This document shows, piece after piece, positions 17,219 to 25,129 of a stretch of DNA of 64,000 bases. How positions within the stretch are numbered: the first letter of the stretch is position 1; each line of letters starts with the position of its first letter. A model generated the notes under the pieces. It searched no databases. It was not told the origin of the DNA and worked only from the letters and a program-made list of their open reading frames with translations. Source of the DNA: an uncultured Anaerolineales bacterium (GTDB taxonomy: Bacteria > Planctomycetota > Phycisphaerae > FEN-1346); contig CAZGKW010000011.1 of the NCBI GenBank assembly GCA_964526295.1, forward strand, positions 3,515 to 67,514. The letters are read 5' to 3'. Position numbers and translations under genes: made by a program.

Positions 17219-19801
17219 CTACTTCGGGTGCTTCTCGAAGTCCGTGCCGCGGTACTCCGCCAGGCGCATCCGCTCGCGCTCCGTAAGCTGCTGCGTGCCG
17301 ACCGAGGCGCAGTTGCAGTCCATCCAGACGACCAGCCGGCGAAACTGCTCCCGCGTCAGCTTCACGCCGTGATGCGACGGCACGAGGTGCCCGAGGAGCT
17401 TCGAGCCGCGGGCCCCGAACTCGCCCGGCACCGTCCGCGACGGCTCGTACGGTTTCGGCGAGACGTAGTACGGGACGTACCGCATGAGTCGGTTGCGGTC
17501 GAGCGACGGGGCCGACTTCTCCTGCCGGTGACACCCGTCGCACTTCGCCTCGATCACCGGCTCGACCAGCACGCGGTAGTCGAACGGCCGCGAGCCCTCC
17601 GGCCCGGGCGTGATCTCCGACGGCGGCCGCCGAAGCGCCAGCGGCACCTCGTCCGGCACCGGCGGGGCCCGATGCCTCGGCTCGTGGCAGCCCCGGCACG
17701 ACAGACGCTCTCCCGGATGGACATACGTCAGCGACCGCATCGACTGGACGGCCATGCCGTGCTCGTCGAGGGCCTGGAAGTAGATGCCCATCCCGGTCGG
17801 GGCGTAGAAGTGGGCGCTGCCGTCCGGCTCGACGGGCACCGCGCCGATGACCTCGCGGATGCTGGTCCGCCCGGTGCCGCAGAAGCCCGGCCGCCGGTTG
17901 CTCGGCTTGGGAATGATCTGGACGATGCGAAGGGCCTTGATGGTCGTCCCCTCGGGCCACGGCAGGAGACCGTTGGTGACGTTCATCACGGAGACGGTGG
18001 CCCGGTCGTCGGGGTTCGACTCGGGGTCCGGTCCGCCGCGCGCCTGGCGCGTCGTCTCATTCTCCCCCGCGCGCGTCTCAGGCGGCAGGCCCACGGCCGT
18101 CGCGTGCGGCACCACGGGCGGGCGCGGCCGGGCCTTCAGCGGGATCGGGCTGAGGCACGGCACGTCGGGGCCCTTGTAGAGGAGCTGCCGGCCGCCGAAC
18201 GCGTCGATCAGGTAGAGGTCGCCCCCCGCCGCGCAAAGGTAGTACGTCTCGTCGAGCGGCCAGGCGGTGGCGTACTCGCCGCGGCCCCGCTCCGCCTCCG
18301 GAAAGCGGACCTCCGGCGTCAGGCGCCGCAGCTGCGACATCGCATCGTCGTCCTCCAAGTCCGGGTCGAGCACGACGAACGAGCCGTACGCCTGGCCGTG
18401 GTGCGGCGCCGCCGTGGCCACGAACTTCCGCGACCCGGGGATGGCCCTGATGTCCATCTCCATCCAGGGCCGCAGGTGCAGTCCCCGGCAGCCCTGGGGG
18501 TAGTTGCCGTGCAGTGCCCGGGCGTCGCGGCCGTCGGCCGTCGTGGTCCAGGGGTGGTGGGCCTGGTTCGTGCCGCGGTCCACGTAGTCCCACCGGGTGT
18601 AGACGATCTGGCCGTGGTTCGTCACGGACGGCTGCCACTCGTTGCTCTCGTGATAGCTCAGATAGGTGATGTCGGACCCGTCGGGGTTGACCGAGGCGAG
18701 GGTGTAGGAGGGGGCGTCGCGGCCTCCGTGGCAGCGGCCGTAGCCGCCCCGGCGCTCCGAGATGAACGCGATCCGCCCGTTCGGCAGCCAGCAGGGGTCG
18801 AAATCGTTCAGGCGGCCGTCGGTGAGCTGCACCAGGTCCGACCCGTCGACGTTCACGCGAAAGAGGTGGAAGCACGTCTGGAGGCCCCACCCGCGGCGGA
18901 AGTCGCTGTCGGGCTGGCCGCACTCGCAGTACGCGAAGACGATGGTCCGGCCGTCGAAGGAGAGGTCGGGCGAGAGGAAGCAGCCGCCCTCGAGCTTGCG
19001 GCCCTTGAGGCGCCCGCTCCGGACGACCGAGCCGGCCAGCACGTCGACGACCCGCGGCTCCGGCCCGAAGGGGTCCTCCAGGACATAGAGGCCCCCGCCC
19101 GGCCTGGCGTTGGCCCCGAGGAACTGGTCGACCATGTGGCTCTTGCGGGCCCGGTGCCGCTTGATGAAAAGGAGGCGGTCGAAGTCGAGGAGCGGGTTCT
19201 CGCGGGAGATGCGCCAGTAGAGCTTTCGGAACTCGGCGAACTCGTCGCGGCCGAGCGCCTGTCCGGCGGCGCGGACGACGTTCATTCGCTCGACGAGGTC
19301 CGCCAGCTCGCGCCGCTCGGCGGAGAGGTCCGGCGAGCCCGGCCGCCGCGCCACGTCCGCCAGCAGGGCCGCCGTCCGCCGGGCGATCACGTCGATCGGG
19401 TCGCGGTCGGACGGCTGGGGGTACATGTCGGGCCGGACGGCCTGGGCGTACTCGGCGGGCAACTCGTCGGTCCCGATGAGCTTCTCGAGCTCGCCGAAGC
19501 CCCCCGTGAAGTCCCGCTCGACCTCGACGGGTCCCACCTCGGGCGAGTCGGCCGAGTCGCGGTCGCGCGACCGGGGCTTCGCCGCCGCCGGAAGCGCCGC
19601 CGCCGCCCCGAGAACCATCACCGCCGCCAGGACCGCCGCCGGCGCTCGTCCCTGCCCTGCATCAACATGCCGCACTCGGGCCGCTCCCCTCACCCCCCGC
19701 GTCGTCTCCCCAGTCTTCAACCGCGTCGCGAGCGATGCGTTGCGTCCCGAATCCAGGAACGCCCGCGCGGCCACGGCGGTTTCGCCGCCACTTTCCGCCA
19801 C
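17219..19801 (-). CDS. HzsA-related (hydrazine synthase alpha-like) PD40 propeller protein with two CxxCH motifs; start uncertain
   Basis: FHLFRVNVDGSDLVQLTDG, DFDPCWLPNGRIAFISER, YTRWDYVDRG, VPVEPDGSAHF, IYFQALDEHGMAVQSMRS, CRGCH (about 17684-17698) and CDGCH (about 17528-17542). Confidence 0.8.
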   Translation of the reverse strand: MAESGGETAVAARAFLDSGRNASLATRLKTGETTRGVRGAARVRHVDAGQGRAPAAVLAAVMVLGAAAALPAAAKPRSRDRDSADSPEVGPVEVERDFTGGFGELEKLIGTDELPAEYAQAVRPDMYPQPSDRDPIDVIARRTAALLADVARRPGSPDLSAERRELADLVERMNVVRAAGQALGRDEFAEFRKLYWRISRENPLLDFDRLLFIKRHRARKSHMVDQFLGANARPGGGLYVLEDPFGPEPRVVDVLAGSVVRSGRLKGRKLEGGCFLSPDLSFDGRTIVFAYCECGQPDSDFRRGWGLQTCFHLFRVNVDGSDLVQLTDGRLNDFDPCWLPNGRIAFISERRGGYGRCHGGRDAPSYTLASVNPDGSDITYLSYHESNEWQPSVTNHGQIVYTRWDYVDRGTNQAHHPWTTTADGRDARALHGNYPQGCRGLHLRPWMEMDIRAIPGSRKFVATAAPHHGQAYGSFVVLDPDLEDDDAMSQLRRLTPEVRFPEAERGRGEYATAWPLDETYYLCAAGGDLYLIDAFGGRQLLYKGPDVPCLSPIPLKARPRPPVVPHATAVGLPPETRAGENETTRQARGGPDPESNPDDRATVSVMNVTNGLLPWPEGTTIKALRIVQIIPKPSNRRPGFCGTGRTSIREVIGAVPVEPDGSAHFYAPTGMGIYFQALDEHGMAVQSMRSLTYVHPGERLSCRGCHEPRHRAPPVPDEVPLALRRPPSEITPGPEGSRPFDYRVLVEPVIEAKCDGCHRQEKSAPSLDRNRLMRYVPYYVSPKPYEPSRTVPGEFGARGSKLLGHLVPSHHGVKLTREQFRRLVVWMDCNCASVGTQQLTERERMRLAEYRGTDFEKHPK

Positions 19802-19891
19802 CGATGGGAATCAACAAGTGGGTACCGCGTACCCGGCGGCGCCGCCGCGGACGCAAGCCCTGCGAACCACCCAACCGAAGGAGGCGTCTCG

Positions 19892-22423
19892 ATGGTCTGC
19901 CGTCTGCTGCTCCCCCTCGCATTGGCCGCATCGGCCCTTCCGGCCGCGCTGGCCGCATCGGTCCCCTGCCGCGGGGCCGTGCCGACCGACTGCAACGTCG
20001 AGGTCAGTCTGAAGGATGCGACCGCCCGGACCGACGACAGCCGCCACGACCTGGACCTGGAGTTGCAGGTCCGCGGGGGCGAGTGGCAGGCTGACTGGGT
20101 CCGCGGCCGAGGCCTCAACCAGGGCCGCCACACCGGCCGCCTTACGTCCGCCCGAACCGTCGACGGCGAGACGCAGCTCGCGGTCGAGATGCGCCTCAAG
20201 CCCGACATGTGGATCGGCGGCGGCAAGGCGGCCTACGCGATCACCCTCCGCCCGATGGAAGACGGGCGGACCTTCGAGGGCGCCTACAAGGGCACGTTCA
20301 CGTTCATCGAGGAGCCGAAGCCGACGGCCCCGCGCCGCAGGGCGCCCCCCGCCGCCCAGGCCGAGCGGCAGGAGCTCTCCCCCGAGGTCCGCGAGTTTCT
20401 GAAGCAGATCGGCGCCAAGCCCGCCGGCCGGTCCGGCCCGGCCGACGAGCCCGAAGTCGCCGAGGGCCGCACCGTCGAGGTCTCCGGCACGGTGACCGGC
20501 CGCGTCCGCGGCGCCTGGCCCGTGCCCGTCCCCGGGCACCGGCCCGTCGAGCCGGGCGAGCACCCCCGGCTGATCTTCCGCCGGGCCGACGTGGAGACCC
20601 TCCGCCGCCGGGCCGAGACCCCCGAGGGCAAAGCCATCATGGCCCGCTTCATGCAGGTCATCGACTACACGCAGCACGACGGCAGCTACAAGTTCGACTC
20701 CTGGCCGGGCATCGGCTTCGGGTTCGCCTGGCAGATGACGGGCGAGAAGAAATGGGCCGACCGGGCCCGGGCCCTCGTCGAGGAGAAGTTCTTCCGGCGT
20801 GGCCCCGTGGGGGGCCAGGACATCCACCACGCCCCCCAGCTCCAGGGCCTCGCCCTCACGTTCGACCTGTGCTACGACGCCTGGGACGACCCGTTCCGCC
20901 AGAAGTGCATCGACGAGATCTGGCAGCGGACCCAGGAGTGCGACACCGGCACCATCAACCGCAGGACGATGGGCGGCACGAACTGGGCCTACTGGTCGAA
21001 CCACAACGGCATCCGGGCCGCCGGGGCCGGCCTCGGGGCCCTGGCCATCTGGGGCGAGACGGACGCCTCCGGCCACACCTTCGACGCCGACGTCCTCGCC
21101 ATCGCCGACGAGGTCGCCTACGACCAGCGGGGATGGCTCCACGACGGCTGCGGCGGCGGCCAGTGGTTCATGGAGGGCGTCTTCTATAAAGGCATGACGA
21201 TGGTCCGCGGCCTCAGCCACTTCCTCCACGCCTACGCCGAGGTCACCGGCAAGCGGACCAACGCCTCCGGTCCGCCGCCGAAGCCGGTCAGCAACGGCTG
21301 GGGTCTCCGCGATGAGCTCATCGTGGGCTACTTCCTGGAGGCCGAGCCGGGGAAGCTGTTCGGCAAGCTCTCGGGCATCGATGCCGACAGCCTGGAGGAG
21401 GTCATCTGGACCATCGGCCTCGGCGAAGTGCCCCCGGAGGCCATGCCCGGCGTCAAGTACCTCATGGCCCGCAAGGTCGGCCTCCAGGGCGATCGGACGT
21501 TCGGCCTGGACCGGGCCTGTTACGGGCCCTACCTGATGGCGGGCTACCCCTTCGACGTCCAGGAGAAGCACCCCGCCGAGTGCTTCCCGTGGGTCTCGCC
21601 CGACGTGCAGAACGGCCACTGGGTCTTCCGCAACACCTGGCGGGACGGGGATGACGTGCTGCTGACGTGGAACCTCCTGAGCGGCGTCCGCGGCTCGTGC
21701 CACCACGAGCGGGTCGGCGAGCCGCAGCACTGGCAGCTCTGGGGGCTCGGGCAGCGGTGGCTCGACGGCCGCTATCACCCGGCGGTCAAGGGCAAGGAGA
21801 AGTGCCTCGGCGAGCAGAGCGGCCTCAAGACCCTCCGCTGGTCGGCGCCCGAGGAGCGGCTGGCGATCCTGGTGCAGGACGTCGCGCCGGCGTACATGAC
21901 GCCGCTGAAGAAGCAGCGCGGCAGCACGTGGGACGCCGCCGCACGCCAGGCCGGCGCCCATCGCGCGGCGTTCGTCGAGCCGTGGCGGGGCGGCCTGGGG
22001 GACTTCGGCATCCGCGGCACACGGCGCGTGGCGGTGGACCTCTCGGGCAAGTCGGGGGCGCCGCTCCTTCTGGTGATCGCCGAGGACCTCTCGGACCGGG
22101 CCTCGGCCGACGCCGAGCCGCAGGCCGCACGCTTCACCTGGAAGCTGCCGCTCGATACGAAGGGCGGCAGCGTCGAGGTCGCGGACAACGTCTTCCGCTT
22201 CACGAAGGGCGACGCCGTGATGAGCGGCGTGGTCCTGGGGGGCGGGCCGCTCAGCGCGACGGACGCCTCGACCGAGGTCGAGGGCGGGAAGCTGCTCGCC
22301 GTCCTCGTCATCCATAAGGGCGCCGGGCCGAAGATCGACGTCAAGGGCACCGCCGCGCTTGCCACCGTCAGGGTGGGCCGGCGGACGGTCCGCCTCTCGC
22401 GCGAGCGGCTGATTGTCGAGTGA
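19892..22423 (+). CDS. Secreted heparinase II/III-like protein, paralog P1 (843 aa)
   Basis: AAGGAGG RBS; signal MVCRLLLPLALAASALPAALA; PGEHPRLIFRR motif; LALTFDLCYDAW; GHWVFRNTW; C-terminal RVAVDLSGKSGAP. Confidence 0.75.
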   Translation: MVCRLLLPLALAASALPAALAASVPCRGAVPTDCNVEVSLKDATARTDDSRHDLDLELQVRGGEWQADWVRGRGLNQGRHTGRLTSARTVDGETQLAVEMRLKPDMWIGGGKAAYAITLRPMEDGRTFEGAYKGTFTFIEEPKPTAPRRRAPPAAQAERQELSPEVREFLKQIGAKPAGRSGPADEPEVAEGRTVEVSGTVTGRVRGAWPVPVPGHRPVEPGEHPRLIFRRADVETLRRRAETPEGKAIMARFMQVIDYTQHDGSYKFDSWPGIGFGFAWQMTGEKKWADRARALVEEKFFRRGPVGGQDIHHAPQLQGLALTFDLCYDAWDDPFRQKCIDEIWQRTQECDTGTINRRTMGGTNWAYWSNHNGIRAAGAGLGALAIWGETDASGHTFDADVLAIADEVAYDQRGWLHDGCGGGQWFMEGVFYKGMTMVRGLSHFLHAYAEVTGKRTNASGPPPKPVSNGWGLRDELIVGYFLEAEPGKLFGKLSGIDADSLEEVIWTIGLGEVPPEAMPGVKYLMARKVGLQGDRTFGLDRACYGPYLMAGYPFDVQEKHPAECFPWVSPDVQNGHWVFRNTWRDGDDVLLTWNLLSGVRGSCHHERVGEPQHWQLWGLGQRWLDGRYHPAVKGKEKCLGEQSGLKTLRWSAPEERLAILVQDVAPAYMTPLKKQRGSTWDAAARQAGAHRAAFVEPWRGGLGDFGIRGTRRVAVDLSGKSGAPLLLVIAEDLSDRASADAEPQAARFTWKLPLDTKGGSVEVADNVFRFTKGDAVMSGVVLGGGPLSATDASTEVEGGKLLAVLVIHKGAGPKIDVKGTAALATVRVGRRTVRLSRERLIVE

Positions 22424-22456
22424 TACGCCGGGCGTCCTGCGGTTCGGGGCGAAAGG

Positions 22457-24877
22457 ATGGAGCGAATGAAGACTATCGTGGCAGGACTGATCGTTTTGGT
22501 CGGCTGCGCCGGCGCATCGGCCGGCGAGGCGGACATCCTGGAGATCGAGCTTCGCCTCTTCGGGGCCCTGCGCCAGGCCGGCCAGCCGGCCGACGCCCCG
22601 GAGGGTCCGTCACTCCTGGTGGACCTCGCCCGGACGGGCGAGCGGTGGGAACGCGTCTGGTCCGTCGGCGACGACGACCGGCACATGAAGTTCCTGACCG
22701 GCTGCGTGACGAAGGCCGACGTCTCGTCCGAACGGATCGCCCTCGAGATGGTCGTCCGCCTCTCGCCGGTCGCGCGGATACGCCTCGACATGAAGCGCGA
22801 CGCCGAGGGGGGCCTCAGCGGCACGTACCGCGTCGCGTCGCGCGCCGGGACGCTCGAAGGCCCCGCCGACGGGCGGGTGAAGCCCGCCCGTCCTCCCCTG
22901 CCGGACGGCTTCGTGCCCGTCCGGCCCGGCGAGCGGCCGCGGGTCCTCTTCCGCCGCTCGGAGGTCCCCGCGCTCAAGGCGAAGCTCGCGACGCCCCTCG
23001 GTCGCGTGCTCTTCGAGAAAATGGGCGACGAGGAGATGGGCGACGCCATCGGGGCAGGCGTCAAGTACCAGCTCACCGGGCGGCAGGAGTTCGCCGACCG
23101 GGCCCGGGGCCTGGCCGAGATGCAGATGGCCGGCCGCGGGGCGAGGTGGTCGAACCGGACCGCCGCCGGACGCCGCCCCAAGCAGGTCGCCGTGGCCTAC
23201 GACCTGTGCTACGACGCCTGGCCGGAGGACTTCAAGCGGAAGGTCGTCGCGTACCTGCTCGCCGACGCCGAGGACACGATCGCCGGCCGGGACATGGGCG
23301 GCAACAAGCACGTGTGCAGCAACTGGTGGGCGAAGCCCTACTCGGCCCTGGCGTTCATCGGCCTGGCGCTGTGGGGCGAGCCGGGCGAGGCGCCGCCCGG
23401 GCCCCCCGCCGACGGGCCCGACGCCGACCTGGAGCGGATACTGTGGCGATTCGACATGAGCGAATGGGAACGCCTCGGCCGCGTCAACCCGGACTACCAG
23501 CGCCTGTTCGAGACGGGGCGGCAGCTTATGTATTGGCACTACCGCGAGGCCGTCGGGACGGGCGGCTTCCGGGGCGAGTGCGCCCACTACGGCCTGAAGG
23601 CGACCGAGATGCCCGCCGAGTACGCCCCGTGCTACCGCCGGATGTTCGGCCGCCACGTCTCGCCATACGACGACATCACGCACATGCTGCCGCGGATGGT
23701 CTTCTGCCACGATTACCCGGCCGATGGGGAGGCGGCCGGCGAGGGGAAAGGCGGCCGGCCCGTGCCCCTGAACATCAACGGGTGGTCCGCGATCTGGGGC
23801 AACTACTTCGCCTCGCTCTACGAGGTCACGCCCGAGCGGTGGCGGCCCGCCATGCTCTGGGCCTGGAACCGTCAGCTCGGCGTCACCGGCCCCGACGGCG
23901 CCGCCCGGATGCTCGCCGACCGGACCATGGACGAGCACGGCACGGGCCACCCGGCGCCGTTCTTCGTGGGCTACCCCGCCGACGCGACACCGCGCCACCC
24001 CGCCGAGTGCATGCCTCTCTCGTGGCAGGCCCCCGACATGGGCTACTACGGATTCCGGAGCGGCTGGACGGGCCGGGGCGACTTCGTCCTCGGCCTCTAC
24101 GCCAAGACGCGGCACATCGGCGGGTGGAAGGGCCCGAACGCCGGCACGTTCCGCCTGTACGGCCTCGGCCGGTCGTGGAACGACGACTACAGCGGCCGCG
24201 AAATCAGCACCTGGCAGGCCAACCGCGTCTGCCTGCCCGAGGACGAGACGCATGTCGACGGGTGCGGACGCGTCGTCCACGTCCAGGCGGCGCCCGACGG
24301 CCCCGGGGCCGTCACCGTCGACCTGACGGACAGTTACTCCGGGCCCACGCGGGGGCTCTACACGCACTACGGAGGCATCCGCCACGCCTCGGCCTATAAG
24401 GACAACGGCATCCGCGCGCTGCGGGCGTTCGGCGTCGACTATAGCGGCAAGTGCGGGGCGCCGTGCCTGTTCGTCCTCGTCGACCGGATCACGGGCGGCC
24501 GAAAGAAGGTCTGGACGTGGAACCTGGGAGACGCCAAGGCCGTCGCCGCCACGACCGTCCGCGGGAACACGTTCACGGTCGCCTGCGGGGAGGGGACCTT
24601 GCGCGGAACGTTCGTCGCCCCGGCGAAAGCCGAGATCGACGCAGCCGTCCACAAGGTCACGGCGTCGCTGTGGAAGGGGAAGAAGGAGCTGAAGATTCCG
24701 TCGATCCACGCCCGCGGCGGCGATGCGTTCTTCCTGGTCGCCACGGTCCAGCCCGCCGGCGCCGCGCCGCCCGAGGTGAAGGTCAGCGGCACGGGCCTGG
24801 ATGCGGTCGTCACGGTCGGCGCCCGGCGGGTGACGTTCGACGGCACGCGGGTCGTGTTTTCGGACGCCGGGCAATAG
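22457..24877 (+). CDS. Secreted heparinase II/III-like protein, paralog P2 (806 aa)
   Basis: Signal IVAGLIVLVGCAGASAG; PGERPRVLFRR; VAVAYDLCYDAWP; GYYGFRSGW; RAFGVDYSGKCGAP. Confidence 0.75.
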   Translation: MERMKTIVAGLIVLVGCAGASAGEADILEIELRLFGALRQAGQPADAPEGPSLLVDLARTGERWERVWSVGDDDRHMKFLTGCVTKADVSSERIALEMVVRLSPVARIRLDMKRDAEGGLSGTYRVASRAGTLEGPADGRVKPARPPLPDGFVPVRPGERPRVLFRRSEVPALKAKLATPLGRVLFEKMGDEEMGDAIGAGVKYQLTGRQEFADRARGLAEMQMAGRGARWSNRTAAGRRPKQVAVAYDLCYDAWPEDFKRKVVAYLLADAEDTIAGRDMGGNKHVCSNWWAKPYSALAFIGLALWGEPGEAPPGPPADGPDADLERILWRFDMSEWERLGRVNPDYQRLFETGRQLMYWHYREAVGTGGFRGECAHYGLKATEMPAEYAPCYRRMFGRHVSPYDDITHMLPRMVFCHDYPADGEAAGEGKGGRPVPLNINGWSAIWGNYFASLYEVTPERWRPAMLWAWNRQLGVTGPDGAARMLADRTMDEHGTGHPAPFFVGYPADATPRHPAECMPLSWQAPDMGYYGFRSGWTGRGDFVLGLYAKTRHIGGWKGPNAGTFRLYGLGRSWNDDYSGREISTWQANRVCLPEDETHVDGCGRVVHVQAAPDGPGAVTVDLTDSYSGPTRGLYTHYGGIRHASAYKDNGIRALRAFGVDYSGKCGAPCLFVLVDRITGGRKKVWTWNLGDAKAVAATTVRGNTFTVACGEGTLRGTFVAPAKAEIDAAVHKVTASLWKGKKELKIPSIHARGGDAFFLVATVQPAGAAPPEVKVSGTGLDAVVTVGARRVTFDGTRVVFSDAGQ

Positions 24878-25129
24878 CCGCCTCCTCGCCGCTCGGGGCC
24901 GCCCATGCGGAGGCCCCTTTCGAGTGCGGCGGGCACGGAGGCCCGCCGTGCTTCGGCTTCTCGGGGGGCGCGCTTCGGCTTTGTGCCAGCCGCGGTCGGG
25001 CCCCCCGCGGCACCGTACAGGCCGGACTTCCCCCGGCACCCGGCCGCCCCTTCGGCGTTCCATAGTGCATGGGGCGCTGGGCGTCAGCGCCACGTCCCGG
25101 GCACGGGCTGAGAACGGAGGCGGACCCAC

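Noticed and set aside
17219-19801. HzsA-like gene as evidence of anammox metabolism
   Set aside because: No hzsB/hzsC-like or hydrazine dehydrogenase-like neighbours are present, and such homologues are common in non-anammox bacteria.
19820-19860. c-di-GMP-I riboswitch suggested by GGACGCAAGCC
   Set aside because: The upstream GGCAAA/GAAA tetraloop stem is absent. Only short palindromes (GGGTAC-CGC-GTACCC, CGGCGGCGCCGCCG) are seen.
14687-22423. 2578-aa open frame
   Set aside because: Only 19892-22423 has an RBS, signal peptide and protein-like composition. The first 1735 codons are an Arg/Pro/Gly-rich shadow of the 14640 gene (shifted frame) and the 17219 gene (antisense), as expected in high-GC3 DNA.
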